Source of the DNA: an uncultured archaeon
GTDB taxonomy: Archaea > Aenigmatarchaeota > Aenigmatarchaeia > QMZP01 > JAFGSV01
Direction: 5' to 3'
Length of the DNA: 37,906 nucleotides
NCBI GenBank assembly: GCA_964442905.1
Contig: CAYUBD010000002.1
Location: 1 to 37,906 of the forward strand
Part shown: piece after piece, positions 18,201-33,200 of the stretch
Position numbering within the stretch: the stretch's first letter is position 1
Layout of the letters: every line of letters starts with the position of its first letter
Notes under the pieces: model-generated
Told to the model about the DNA's origin: nothing
Database searches by the model: none
The model's input: only the letters and a program-made list of their open reading frames with translations
Position numbers and translations under genes: made by a program

Positions 18201-21200
18201 AAGCTGCAGTTCGGGTCGAAGTTGTGGTAGAAGCTTCCATTGGAAATGGTATTTGTTATGTTGTATATTATGTAGGTTCCTAGGTCTACAGGATTCGCTG
18301 TTGTCGAAACGCGGAATGCGGACTGCACGTTGCTGCCTACATTAACTTTAGACCGGTCTGTATCGTTTAGGTAAGCTCCTAACAATTTGTAGTCATTGCC
18401 ACTCCTGTTTATACTCGGCTGTAATTTCTCTCCCAAGTAGTGGATAACCAATGTATCATCCCTGAAGATAGTGAACGTGTTATTTGTTTCATTACTGTAG
18501 CCCCATAAATAGCTGGTAGAATTGAATTTATAGTCCTTTGTAGAGCTGGTCTGGCCCTGAAGGTCCGTGCATGTGAAGTTGTGGCTCCTGAACCTTATCC
18601 AGGTTCCAGAAGTGGAAGTGATGTTGGTCGAATTCCTGACCTCGAAAATGTCCGTTACATTTATGAGAAGCGAGACGTTCATCTTGTCGCCGTCGGCATT
18701 CCCCGACCGGACGTTGAACTCCCAGCTCTCTCCCCATCCGCCGTTACCGGCACCTCCTTCCCAAAGAGTGGATATAGCATCCGGAGTTGTCTGGAACTGG
18801 GGTACGGATGCCAGGTAGTATGCATCTTCCTTAAAAGTGTTTGTGCTGTTGTAATAAGACCTGTTGACCTCGCTTGTGATGTTGTGCCAGCCGTAAGACC
18901 AAAGGTCATCCTCAGGTACATTAGCTGGCACTGTGCAGTTATAGTTTCCATCTCCTTCATCATCAGCGAAGCCTGCCTGCGGGCACCTATATTGAGTGCC
19001 TCCTGTCGTGGACCAGAATACCACATCCGAATTGTTGAGAAGCCTGCATTCATCGCTTACGTTGGCCCTTATAAGGATAGGTTCTGTACCTCTCACATAG
19101 GGACCATAATCAGGTAAGGTTATGTTCACGATTAGCGGCTCTGTGACAACAGTCCAGTTGTAAACGTATGAGTATTTGTCCTGATACCATGGATTATCTA
19201 TGAGCCTTGCTCTCCAATAGTGTGGTCCAATCATGAAACTGCAGTTGATTCCATCCGGGTCAAGATCATTGGGGTGCTGTGTAGTAAGCACCCCACTTAC
19301 ATCTGTCTGCCCCGGTGGCAGCGGGGGTGTGGGTATCCTTATCCAGTTGTCATTTGAATCGGTCTTTGTGAACCAGAAGTCACCGAACCTGCTGTTTCCT
19401 ACATTGCCGCCTTTATCCGTATCCAAAAATTTCACCTGCCATGTGAACGCGCCGGAAGCACCCCTCGTGACAATACTGTCATTCCCTGCCACAAGCTCTC
19501 CCTGAACGTCGTCCTTTGTAAGGGTTATGTTGTTTTCCTGTGTTTCTGCATCATAGAAGCTGTCGGTAACGTTGAACTTGTAGTATATGGGATTGTTCTG
19601 CAGGTCGTTGCCGTCGAAATAGCTGACGAGCGTGAATGATACCATGGTCTCCTCTTTTGCATGAACGGAATCGTTGGAATCCGCAAGCACCCATGCGCCC
19701 GTAATGTTCAGCCAAAGATAGACAGTCAGCGTGTCGTTGTCCTCGTCCGTGGTATTGACACTGAACGTGAAATTCTCTCCCCAGCCGAAGGGAACGCCTG
19801 TCGGGTCACCCTGAGACGTGACGTTGGGATACTCTATTAGGGGAAGGGTCTCTATGAAGAAGGATGTGGAAGAGGTGTAAGGAACTGTTATTTCGTTCGG
19901 ATTGTAGTACTGCCTGGACGTGTTGACTATGGTGTCATATCCCATTGTGGGCATGCCTGTGCTGTTGAACGTGCAGTTGTATACGCCGTCGCCTATGTGG
20001 AACGTACCATTGCAGAGGAAGTACTGACCCGTGTTCAGGCTGTGCATCCTTATGGTTATGTTCTCTTCGGTGAGGTCTGTCATGTTGTTCCCGCATGTGT
20101 CGTTGACCTTCACCTGTATGGTGATGTTCTGGCCGCTTCCCCTGAGAAGCCTCTGGCCATTGGGATAAAGCAGATAGTTGGTGAGTGAGCCATTTATATT
20201 TACAGTGAAGTTTTCTGTTGCATTCCTGTCATAATACATGTCCGTTGCTTCAGCGTACCACTTCCTGACACCCGGGGCATACGAGCAGTTAGGCGCGAAG
20301 TTGTATTCGGCGTATCCGCTCGAATTCGTGAGTGTAAGGTTGCTCCAGTCCCAGACGCCTTCACTGAGTTCCGTCCAGAATGTTATATTCATAGTCTCGG
20401 GCTTGCTATGGTTGTCCGTGTCGTTTATCCTGAGTATGAATGTCGTGTATTCGCTGGCATCAGTCGTTATGTTTACCTTTGACCCGTTACCGATTATCTC
20501 AGTTATGGTTATGTTTGCCGGTTCAAGCACAGGACCTGATATTATGCTTGTGTTGTAGGTGTTGTTCTGCTCTATGTCCTCCACGGTGAAGAAGAAATAG
20601 TTGTCCGTGTCATAGCCCGAGCTGAAGTCAAGGTCGGTTTTTCTGAAGTCATCAAGCACTATGTAGCAGGTGCCGTCCCCTTCCGGAAGCGTCATCGTGC
20701 CGTTCATCGTCCAGTTCTGCTGTCCGTCGGTGCTTATCCAGAGCGTGCAGTTGGTCGTGTCGTTTTCAGGGTCAGATATCTGCATGGAGTAGTTGAACCA
20801 CCTCGTCCATCCATCCGAAGACGGCGCCACGGAGGGCGTAGTCTGGTTCTGAGGCTCTATGTTCTCGAGCCAGAACCAGTCCGCGAATTCGGTCTCGTTC
20901 TGGAAGTAAAGGTACTGGAAGCTGTCCGAGGACGTTATGTTTATCGTCCAGTTGCCCTCGTCGTGGTCCGTCGAATCCCAGGTGCAGTTGTAGAACGCCT
21001 GTCCCTCGTAGTTTAGGGGTGTGCACGTATCGTAATCTGTCGGTGAGAACAGTTCCACCTGTTTCGTCAGCTGAAGCTGGTATCCGGGGGATATGTCATC
21101 TATGGTCTCGTCACAGTCCCCGAGTATGCTGAAGTTCAGAAGTACCTGGTCCGTGACGTTGTAATCGGAGTGCTGCACCGGCTCATGAAGATAATTCATG

Positions 21201-24200
21201 AGCTGCCCCTTGACTGTTATTACCTGGTCACCAGTGTCGTTGTAGGCGTAGCAGACGTCGTTTGTTATCGAGAGGTTCCATGACTGCTCACCCGTGGTGT
21301 AGTTGCAGTCCGGATTGAACCTGTACAGGAACTGGCCGCTGGCGTTGGAGGAGGTGAAGTTCACCATATTGACGGTGTTGGTGTCATTCGTGATGAAATA
21401 GCTTGCGTTGGCAGCCGGATCGGAAACCGGTCTCAGCCTGTTCTCGTCGTAGGCGTACACTACGAGGTTCCTGAAATCGGAGCCAACCCTGCTCACGGTC
21501 GCGTCGGAGCCGCTCAGCACGGAAAGCGAGAGGTTGTCCTTGTATAACGTCACGTTGAAAATCTCTGTCTCGTTGTTCTTGCCCCACATGTTTGTGGCGT
21601 TGAACTTCAGGTACACGACGCCGTTCGTCTGGCTGTTGACATAATCATCGCAGCTGAAGTTCACATAGTATTCCAGCGTTGTCCACGTGGTGCTTTCAAC
21701 ATCGTACTGGGTATCCACATCATAGAACGGTCCTGCTTGGTCGTAGGCCTTCCAGAGAGTTATGTTGTCATAGTTTTCTCCTTCCCTGTCCTGGAATGAA
21801 ACGTTGAAGTTGAACTCATGGCCCCATCCTTCCCTGTCAGTGTCATTGACGACTGTCACTAGTTCTGGCCTTCTGACCAGCCTGAAAGCGTTGTCGATAC
21901 CGTCTTCGTCAGGATAGAAGTATTGTCCTATGCCGGCGTTTTGCTTTGTAGCGTTCATGCTCACGTTATACCACCCAAGAGGCAGCGTGGCAGTTGACCA
22001 CGTGCAGTTGTATGTGCCGTTGTTCATATCGTACACGTTTGCCCCTTCACAGAGGAATTCAACACCACCCGTGGCATACTTGACATGGAATGTTACAGAA
22101 GCGCCCGTTATATAGCCGCAGGAAGGATCAAGATCCTGCACAGTCGTATAGAGTTTGACTTCTTCCTCGTCCTTTATTATGTAAAGCTGCGGGGGGTTCA
22201 ACGTCGTGTTGAGTATGGACTCTACCGTCACGTTGTAGTAATCCGAGTATGCGTCGTAGTATCTTTCAGAACCGTTTACCTGGCCTCTCCACAACTGCCT
22301 CATCACATCGTAGCTGCAGTCGGGATTGAAGTTGGCAAACATGTAACCGGCACCGGTCACCACCATCTGGTAATAGAAGCTGAAATTTTCCAAGTCCTTT
22401 GTGACATAGAAAGCCCCCGGCACGTCGAGGAATCCGCTCAATGGTGGGCTTCCCGTGTAGTTGTCGTAGACCCTCAGCCTGAAATAGGTCTGGTTGCCGA
22501 AGGTCCTGTTGACATAGCTGTCGCTTCCGTTAAGGACAGTGAAGGTCAGGTTCCTCTTCGTCACGTTGAACGTGAAATTCCCAGGGTCCGCAAGGCTGTG
22601 GTTCCTGCCGTACTTGTCAGTCGCATTGACCATCCAGTAATAAGTGCCTATGTCGTTCCATGATGTGTATGTGTGTGTGAACGTCATAGTGTCGTTGTTG
22701 CAGTCAACGCAGTACTGGGGAGAACTGGATACCTGATACCATGGGCCGGAAGAGGACGCGTTCGAATGCCAGACCCTGACCGTGACATTGTCGTCGTCGT
22801 CCGTTACATTAACGTAGAACGTTATCCTCGATTTTGCTGCATTGGTTCCCCATTGTATGGATTTCTTGTCATTATATGCACCTGAAAGTACCGGGTCAAC
22901 CTCGTGGAAGAATGATTGTCTCAGTTCTATGTCTGGATTGTAGAGTGTCTTGTTAGAGCTTATCGTAACGTTGTACCATCCTGATGGGTTGCTTGATATG
23001 TTCCACGTGCAGTTGTATATGCCTCCGGTCCAGTTGAATACCGGCGTGCAGTATTCCTCGAATCCATTGTGGCTTATCTTCAGGCTGACATTGGCGTCGC
23101 TTATGTTGAACTCGCAGTCATTGCCGGTAACCTCATCGTTGACAGCGAATGTGACAGTTACGTTATCATCGGTGAGATAGATGTTGCTGTAATCTGTTCC
23201 GTTCGGTGTTATGAGCGTGTTGTTGAGCCATCCTATGACAGTGAACGTGTAGTTGACAGAATGGTTGTCCTTGTAGCATTTATTGCCTGTGCTTCCGCCG
23301 TACCACAGCTGGGTTCCTACATCGTGTGTGCAGTTGGGGGTAAAGAAGTAGTTGAGGTAGCTGTCGCTGTCCGTGGTGTTCTTTGTTCCGGAGTCGAAAT
23401 CGGACCCGTTATAGGTTACCCGGATAGTCCCGTTTATGCCGGATGAAACGTTATCCCCGCTGTCCGTGTCATACATCCAGAGTCTCAGATGGATTATTTC
23501 GGTCCTGTTAACCTCCGTGGAATTACCATAACCACCGTATCCTATGTCGACATCGTCCTTCTCTACTGTGAAGTTGAATGAAGGCCTGTCCGTAGTGTTA
23601 TGCGGGTCCGTGGCATTGAACTTGAAGTATCTGTATTGTCCTGTATCTGTTATGTTTTCGCATGTGAAGTTCTTGTAGAAGAACTGCATCTCACTTTCTG
23701 CAAGGCATTCCACGCATGTCTGGTTCTCTATCCATGTCCAGTTGATGTCTTCAGGCGAAAGCCAGAACTGGATGGTCACGTTCTCGGCATCTATATCTGT
23801 CACGTTCACAGTAAATGTGAAGTTCTCACCCCATCCACCACCGCTCTCGAAAATCACGCTCTCGTTCTTCAGGATTGGTGGTGAGAACTCATAAGGTATT
23901 ATCTTGAATGCGTGATATTTCGTCCTGCTGCCGTTGTTGAAGAAGCTTACGTTGCTGGCATTCATCTCTATGTTGAACCATCCGAAGCCGTCGCCTTCTA
24001 TCTGATCACCTGTCTGGCCATAGTTCCAGGTGCAGTTGTACGTGCCGTTGCCCTGATTGGTTATCGTTGATGTGCACCAGTACCTGAAGATTGGGTTGGC
24101 ATCGTTTATTATGGTGAAGTTTACGACAGAGACGTTTATGTATTCATCCATGCATTCACTGAGCACGTCACCGGATATGTTCAGGACGTTCTCTGCCGGG

Positions 24201-27200
24201 AAGATGCTGTATTCATATTCCGTGCCATTGGGCCATGTCACGTTCGGGTAAAGCTGACCGTTTACTGTCAGGTTGTACATTTCAGAGTTTGCGGCGAAGT
24301 AGCACTGCTCGGTCTTTATGTATGCAAACCACACCTGTTCCCCTTCGTCGTATGTGCATGCCGGATCGAAATCGTAGTTTATATGCCCTGTAGAGTTGGT
24401 CCTGTTGTAACCGTCATAGTTGTAGTCGCTGCCGTTCACAGTCACGTTGAAGTAAACTATCGGTAAGTCCTGCCCGGTGGTGTAGTACGCAGGCTGATTA
24501 TTGTTCGTGTCGTTGAGGTAAAGTATGAACCTTGAGAAATAGTCACCACCGACACTGTCATTCCTGCTGACATTGCTGTCGTTACCCAGTACATGTATGA
24601 ATTCGAGCGTATCCCTCGTGACCGTGAAGGTGCCTACCGGGGTCTGGGATTTCCCCTTGTCGTAGATGTCCACAGCATTGAACTTGAACCACCACGGTCC
24701 CCTGTCGTCACATGTGTAAGTCTCGTTGAAGTATATCATTTTGGTGTCTGAACTGAGTGTCACGTTCTGGCAGTTTGAATCATCATAAGATACGAAGTTG
24801 TCGTCAGAGATGTTAAGGCAGACGGTTACGTTGGTGTAGTGGCTCACATTTACGCTGAAATCGAATACATCTCCCCACCCGCCGCTGTCGGGAGTGACGT
24901 CCTCATCCTGAAGTGCTACCGGTGCCACGACGAAAATCCCGTAGTTGGTATCGCTGTCATTGTTGTGATAGTCCTTGTAAGAGAACATTGTGATGTTATA
25001 GTATCCTGAAGGTGCCGCTGAAGAGTTCCATACGCATTCATAGTAGTTACCGGTCGTATTGGTAACGAATGCAGCCGGAGACGGGCAGTAGAACGTAGAG
25101 CCGCTGCCTGTCGAGTTTATCATGAACCTGATGCTCGCATTCGCAAGGTCGTTGCTGCAGTCGTCGACAATAGTCCCGTTTAATGTCACGTTCTCTGACT
25201 GGTCGTAGTTCTGAAGTTCTGTCGGATTTGTCAGCGTGCTTACGACATCCCCGAATATCGTTATGGGGAAGTTTTCTGTCTCATAATCTATGTAGCATGG
25301 TGATGATATGTTGACCTTCCAGTTCCTCTTCCCTGGAACGTAAGAGCATGAAGCATTGAAATCATAATAGTAATGCGTCGTGTTGTTTATTTCGTTCACT
25401 GTCTGCCAGTCATCGGTATCCTTTTCTATCCTCGTGAAGACCTCTGTTGCATTGTTCAGTGCCACTGTGGTCTGGTTCTTTATGGTATCCCATATCTGGA
25501 AGGCGAGTTGTATTTCATGATATGTATTCAAATCTGACCTGTTTATCGCGGTGTCGTTTCCTCCAGTGACGTTTATCGTTATGTTCTCCTTCATGACTTC
25601 GAACTGCTCTGTGAGATTGTATGAGAAGCCTGCGGAGTCGTCGGCCATGAACATGACGTCCCAGTCGCCTATCTCGCCGCATGTGAAGTTCCTTGAGAAC
25701 TCTATGGGCTGTGTCCTGTTGCAGTCCGTGCAGACCGAGTAGTTGTAGAGCTGCCATGCCCCTCCGGTGTATGTGGAGTTGAGGTACATCGTCACGTTGA
25801 CCGTGTTATTGTCGTCATCGCTCACGTTCAGGGTGAAGTTGAACGGAGACTGGCCCCAGCATCCTGATGTGCCGGGCTCTATCCCTATCGCAGTGAGGTC
25901 TGGTATGCTGGCGAGGAAGAATGCGTTCTCAAGGAAGTAGGTGCCGTTCCAGTAGTCGTCTATATAGCTTCCTCCCGTGTATGCCAGCATGGTTACGTTG
26001 TACCATCCGAGTGGTGCTGAGCCGTCCGGGTTCCAGTTGTAGGTGTAGTAGTTTCCTGTCGTTGATCCCACCACCAGGGTATCGGAGTATGCACCGCTTT
26101 CGGCCGTGAACGAAACCGGGAAGTTGGTTATGCTTGACTTGTAGTCGGAGCAGTCGTCTGTGGATGTGCCGTTGAGTGTTATGGTGTAATTGGCTGACGG
26201 GCCCAGATCTGCTCTCGTGTAGTTCCTGGTAGTGTCAGGCGTTATCATGTCAGGGTGCAATGAGCCCATGAGCCAGAACGGTATGGCGTTGTACGGGTCA
26301 GGTTCCGTTATGTTGTCCTTGTAGCATGTTGCTGACAGGATGCCTCCCTTCCAGTAGTTCTGGCCGAGGTGGAATGTTCCTGTGGAGCCGGACCAGCCCT
26401 TGCACCAGTGGGTGGTGTCGTTGATCATCTCGTATATTATGTAGCCGGTGGAGTTGACCGGAGTAACGGGATAGTAGTTTTCATAGGTTTCATTGTTACC
26501 GGTCTTGGATACGCCTATGAAGGTCTCCCTGTAGTTGAGGGCATTGGGCACTGTCTGGTTGTCCGTGTCGTTGGCGAGGAGGGTGAAGTTGTATGGCTGC
26601 GACCTGTTCACGGTGATGTTCCAGGACGGGGTTATGTTGAAGACGTCGACGTCGTCCTGCTCTATGTTGTATATGTACTCGCTGGTGTTCAGGCTTCCGT
26701 CCGAGTTATTGGCACTGAAAAGATACTTCCATTCGCCTATGTCACCGCAGACATAGTCGTATGTCATGTTGACCTGTGTCCACGGAAGGCAGTCGACACA
26801 AAGGTATGTATCCACCAGGCTGTATGCGGCTGCGCCCTTCTTGTGATAAAGGTCTGTCGTGACATTCCTCCCGAACCTGTCCCTTACCATGACAGAGAAG
26901 TTCCATGGCTCACCCCAGCCTCCGAGCACATCCGGTTGGGTATCTATGGTCTCATTTTCTATCAACGGGAGATACTTGAAGACCCTAACCTTTGTGAATA
27001 GTTCCTGGGTCTCATTGAAAAGTTTGCCGTAATTCCACGTGTAGTTTATCATGTTAACGGCAACGCTGCTCTGAGGGGAATGCGTTGCATCAGCATGGCT
27101 GTTCAGGCTTATGGTCTGCGTTGTTCCCGTGAATGATTCCCATTCACCAACACTGTAATTCGACCATATCTCATCCTGGAAATCATCGAATTCGTGGTTC

Positions 27201-30200
27201 TGGCTTATTACATGGGCAGTTCCTTCATCATCCGTTATGTTGACGTATGATTCACCTATTGTCAGGTTTGTCCCTGAGTATGAGTAGTTGAGCCTGAACC
27301 TCATTTCACTGAGTTCCTGGTAGGGTTCGGAAGGTGAATCAAAGTTATAATCCTGAGAAGAGTGTATGTTAACAGTATCCTCGTAGGATGTTGAGTTTCT
27401 GGTTTCCTTTTCTGCATTCGGATAGAATATCTTCTTTCCTGTTGCTGTGCAATTGAGAGTAAAGTTGAGCCATGATGTCTCTCTTGAGGCTATGGACGGC
27501 AGCAGCCAGCTTATCGTGCTTTCAGATGGGCTGTATACTCCTGAGCTGTAGGCATGTGTCGCATTGCAGTCTGCAGGTATAACAACTGTTATGTTCCAGT
27601 CATTATTCTGCGTGGTTATGTCTCCTATATTGGTGACCTTGAGGCTGTGGTTATACTCCATATTCGGGAGTATGCTCCTTGGCTCGTACCATGGATATTC
27701 GCTCCTTTCATGAACATCGATGTCAAATTCAAGGTGGCTTTCACTGCTGTAGTTCATCGTGTAAAGTTGGAAAGGCTCATTCTCCTGGCTCTCTTTGAAT
27801 GAAATGCTGTCGTGCCACGAGAGGTTCCACCTGAACTCGCCCGGATTAGAAAGGTCTGTGGGTGCCTTTATCTTGTAGGTTGCAACTGCGTATTCGTTCT
27901 CGGTTACGGATGACTGGTTTGTGCCAAGGCTGGTATCTATGTACCATGTTATCGTGTTATAAGCTGGGTTTTCGAGATCCGTGCTTGCTGTATAGCTTAT
28001 TGAGCTTCCTTCGATCTGCGGGTTGAAGGGAATCCAGTCTGAAGGCATAACGTCTATAAGTGTTATCATTCCTTCCGCTATGCCGCAGCCCCCGTTGTGT
28101 ATAACGAGCGCAGACTCGAAGACCTTCCCGCCACCTATGACCTGAGGCGTCTCCCTTATTATCTCAAGGACAGATATCTGGTTTCCGTTCTCGAGGATCT
28201 CGCTCTCATTCACGGTCTGCTGTATGATTCCCGGATAGGTGTAGTTGGCCGTGACGTTAATCGTCATGTTCTCGTTGTTCTGTGAAGAGTTCAGCGTGAA
28301 TGTGACAGTCCGGTAACCTGGAGAATACATAGTTATCTCCTGATACGTGCTGTCCAGAATCCAGCCCGCTGAAACTTCCACGGATATGTTGTATGCGACT
28401 GTGTCATAGAATGGATGATAAAGCTCTACATCGAATGTTTTCTGGGTGCCGTTGCACCAGTAGTTGGGCAGAGTCAGTGAAATTTCTGGCGTGCCGTAAA
28501 CGAATGGTTCGCTTAGCATGTGGTCAGGTAGCTGGGAGTCGATATAGGCGTTCAGGCTGTACATTCCCTCGGGGTGACCGCTAAGGTTTATTGATGTGAA
28601 ATTCTCGTAATGCGTCGAGTTGTAGTTTATGACCACTCCTGTTCTTGTTGTTGAGTTTATGGCATCCCCAGATGAGTTGGTTACATTCAGCGTGATGTCT
28701 GCCGTGTATGAGACGTTTATCGGATTATCTATCCCTACTGAAACATTGAAAATGCTGTCGGAAGGCCGGGTTCCCTTCGTAGCATAACCATTTACCTCAG
28801 GCATTATGTCTATTACCTTCATCGTGGGCCTGTAGTAGGCCTCAAATTCCATGGAATTGACTGTCACATTGGAGCCGTCGGCGCTCAATCTCGCCAGGCA
28901 GAATCCCGTGCCGTTCGGCGCGACCTGTGCTTTTAGCAGGGATATGTCGATGTTCTCGGTTCCGCTCACCAGCCTGCTGTGCACCACGTCTATCCATGCG
29001 GTCGAGTTGTAAACTTCAACCATTGCGGTGCCTCCGGAAGAGGTCCAGCCAACGCTGATGTTGCCGACCCTGTAGTCCCCGGCTTCGCACGGGAAGCTGA
29101 AAACATTGGGCGAACCGGGTGTCACGTTCACGGGTGTTGTTTCTACAGCGCTCACGCTCTCCAGCAGCTTGTATATTATCAGGGATGTCTGGTTATCGTC
29201 GGTATAATTGTAGTGCGGGGCCGGCGCCGAGGTGTTTGCGCTGACATTTATGTCGAATGGATAAAGGTAGGGTACTACGTCTGTGGCGTTGACGTTCCAG
29301 TATACATACTCGAATGATGTAGAACCGACACCGGAACTTATGGTCCCGACATACTGGACTGAACCTTCAGCAGTCTCCCATCCATGCGTCAGAAGAGTGG
29401 CATTCACGTTCGTGGCGCTCCTGTCTTTCACCTGTATCGTCGCGTTAAGACCAAACCACCTGTACTGGAAGGCCTCTCCTGGTGTATAGAGGGTGGTGAC
29501 ATTGAACTCCGGACACTGCATCTGAAGTGTCACATTGTAAACAGAAGAATATGAACTCTGATAGTACGGATCTGAAGGGCCTGCAATCACCCTCCACTTC
29601 TGCTTCCCTGGATCGTAAACGCAGGATGCCAGGAACTCGTAATTCACATAGCCTGTCGTGTTTGTCCAGTTGGAGCCATCCACCAGATAACTGTCATCGT
29701 TTTCGGTGACCTCGAACTGTATGGTCGCATTCGGTATTGATGACGAGAGAATCTCTCCACTGTCTGTATCATTCACGAGTATTATGAAAGTTGTGGGTGC
29801 AGTCTTGTTGGTCGTTGTTTCATTTCCGTAAACGTATATGAACTCGACATCGTCTTTTTCAACATAGAATGTCTCATTGTCATCCACGTAATCATTAGCC
29901 GACGTTATGTTCGTGGTGTAGTTATTTCCTTCAGTATCCGTTGCATTGAACTTGAAATACCATAGATCAACATCATCATAGTTGAATTCATAAGTCCAGT
30001 TAAGCTGAACGTTGTTGCAGCTCTTGCATTCCTGTGAACTACTGACTTCATTCCATACGGAAGTACCGTTCTTGAGTATCCACATTCTTACAGTCGCGTT
30101 GTCACCAAGATCTGTGACGTTTACCGTGAATGTCTTGTTGATGGACCATCCCTCATTTCTGGGCGTGACGTTTGAATACTGAAGCCTTGGTATCATGGTG

Positions 30201-33200
30201 AGCGAGAACGCGTTCTCCTTGGTGTAGGTATCGTTGTTGTAGAATGATTTGTATGACAGCATTGTTATGTTGTAAGCGCCTGAAAGCGAGCCCCAGGAAG
30301 ACCAGTTGCATGTGTACACGTTTCCTGTATCATTCATTACCCATCCCGTGGCGTTGGGGCAGTAACCTGAGCTTGTGCCGTTTACTATGAACCTCACATT
30401 AGCGCCTGATATGGGATTTCCGCAGGAGTCCGTTATATTGCCTGTGATTGTTACGTTTGTCCCGGCATCGAAAACCTCTCCGTTGGGCTCTGATATCTGG
30501 TTGTTCAGGTATCCCAGTATGATGAGTTCGAATATGTCCGTTTCATTGTCCTTGTAGCAGGGCTGATCGCTTATGTTCATCTTCCACGAACTCGTGTGGG
30601 GTGTATAGTTGCATGTAGCATTGAAGTCATGTGCATATATGCCTGAACCGGGTGTGACCACAGTCCCGTTATCCCAGTCCGTGCTGTTTTCCATGACATA
30701 CAGGATGACCTCCGGCTGTGTGGTATTGGCCTGGGCATCAAAGTCATAGACGTATGATGACAGCGTCACAAGCGAGGATATGTTGACCGTGCCTCCGTCA
30801 CCGGAAAGGTGTGTGATGTTCACTGTGTCTTTCGTAATCGTGTGGCTGTTTTCCTGTGAGCTGGCGTTGTTGTCGTGCGTGTCAGTGGAGTTGAAGAAGA
30901 ACTGCCATGTAGTGAGGTTGCTGGAATCACCTGCGGTGCACGCATACATTTTCTGGAAACTGACAGTCGTGTTGTCGCAGTCCGTGCACTGGTCATTTGT
31001 CTGGAATTCCCAGCCGGATGTGACGGTAGAATTCAGGTAGAAGTTTACAGTGACCGTATCGTTGTCTTCATCTGTAATGTTAATCGTGTAGTTGTATGTC
31101 CTGTTCCAGCCTCCGCTGCTGGGTATGACTGCCGGATACTGCAGGATCGGAGCAGATGAAAGGAAGAAATAGCTGTAGTCCGTATCATGGTTGTAATAGC
31201 TCCTGTTGGTATACACGGTTGCGTTGTAGTCTCCCACGAGCATTCCTGTTGTCGAGTATGTGCAGTTGTACCATCCGTATCCCTCTTCATTTATGGATGC
31301 ACACTGGTAATTCTGTCCTGTTTCATGTGTCAGGTTGAAGTATATTTCGCTGCTGCTGTACTGGAGCCCTGTTACGTTTTCTCCGCACTCGTCTTCCACG
31401 TGCACCCTGAGGAATATGTCTTCCTGTCCTACCGTGTAGTTGGTATTGCCGTCTGGATTCGTGAGATTTGCGTCAATATCGCCCCATATGTAAACCGTGA
31501 ACTCCTGTGACTCGTTGTCCGTGTAGCACGTGTCGCCGCTGACATTGAACTTCCAGTTCCTGACTCCCGGTTCGTATGCACAGCCGGGATTGAACGTGTT
31601 ATAGTAGAAGTTCGTTGTATTCAGAACAGGTGTCTCCTCGTTCCAGGAACTGCCAGAAGTCTCGGCCCATGAATGAACGTTCGAGGTGCTTATGCCTGTT
31701 ATTGTCTCGTCGAGTATAGTGTCATTTATCATAACCGAGAGATTATGTCTGTATCCCTCTTTGGTGTCGGACCTGTTTATATCCGCTCCGTCGCCATCAT
31801 AAAGATTTATCGTTATGTTCTCCTTCATGACTTCGAACTGCTCTGTGAGATTGTATGAGAAGCCTGCGGAGTCGTCGGCCATGAACATGACGTCCCAGTC
31901 GCCTATCTCGCCGCATGTGAAGTTCCTTGAGAACTCTATGGGCTGTGTCCTGTTGCAGTCCGTGCAGACCGAGTAGTTGTAGAGCTGCCATGCCCCTCCG
32001 GTGTATGTGGAGTTGAGGTACATCGTCACGTTGACCGTGTTATTGTCGTCATCGCTCACGTTCAGGGTGAAGTTGAACGGAGACTGGCCCCAGCATCCTG
32101 ATGTGCCGGGCTCTATCCCTATCGCAGTGAGGTCTGGTATGCTGGCGAGGAAGAATGCGTTCTCAAGGAAGTAGGTGCCGTTCCAGTAGTCGTCTATATA
32201 GCTTCCTCCCGTGTATGCCAGCATGGTTACGTTGTACCATCCGAGTGGTGCTGAGCCGTCCGGGTTCCAGTTGTAGGTGTAGTAGTTTCCTGTCGTTGAT
32301 CCCACCACCAGGGTATCGGAGTATGCACCGCTTTCGGCCGTGAACGAAACCGGGAAGTTGGTTATGCTTGACTTGTAGTCGGAGCAGTCGTCTGTGGATG
32401 TGCCGTTGAGTGTTATGGTGTAATTGGCTGACGGGCCCAGATCTGCTCTCGTGTAGTTCCTGGTAGTGTCAGGCGTTATCATGTCAGGGTGCAATGAGCC
32501 CATGAGCCAGAACGGTATGGCGTTGTACGGGTCAGGTTCCGTTATGTTGTCCTTGTAGCATGTTGCTGACAGGATGCCTCCCTTCCAGTAGTTCTGGCCG
32601 AGGTGGAATGTTCCTGTGGAGCCGGACCAGCCCTTGCACCAGTGGGTGGTGTCGTTGATCATCTCGTATATTATGTAGCCGGTGGAGTTGACCGGAGTAA
32701 CGGGATAGTAGTTTTCATAGGTTTCATTGTTACCGGTCTTGGATACGCCTATGAAGGTCTCCCTGTAGTTGAGGGCATTGGGCACTGTCTGGTTGTCCGT
32801 GTCGTTGGCGAGGAGGGTGAAGTTGTATGGCTGCGACCTGTTCACGGTGATGTTCCAGGACGGGGTTATGTTGAAGACGTCGACGTCGTCCTGCTCAATC
32901 AGATAATCGTCGTCTGTTACATAGTCCCCGTTTCCTGTTGTCGTCTCTGTTGTATAGTTCCCGTCCTCAATGACAGTCATGTTGAACTTGTATTCCCATA
33001 TTCCCTTGTCGTTGCAATCGTGTGTATATGAGAAATTTATCTGGGTCCAGTCAGTGCAGGGAGAACATGTGAAAGAGCTTATACTCTGATAGCTTCCGAG
33101 AGGCGGCTTAAGCCAAAGGCTGACGTTTACATCCCTTGAGAACCTATCCATCGTTTCTACCGAGAAGTTCCAGTCCTCACCCCAGCCGCCTGTCTCCCTT

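Noticed and set aside
25572-32896. The 1,091-bp perfect repeats as IS elements, transposon ends or a CRISPR-like array.
   Set aside because: Both copies are in phase within the giant ORF and encode one structural module. There is no transposase, no terminal inverted repeat and no short repeat-spacer pattern.
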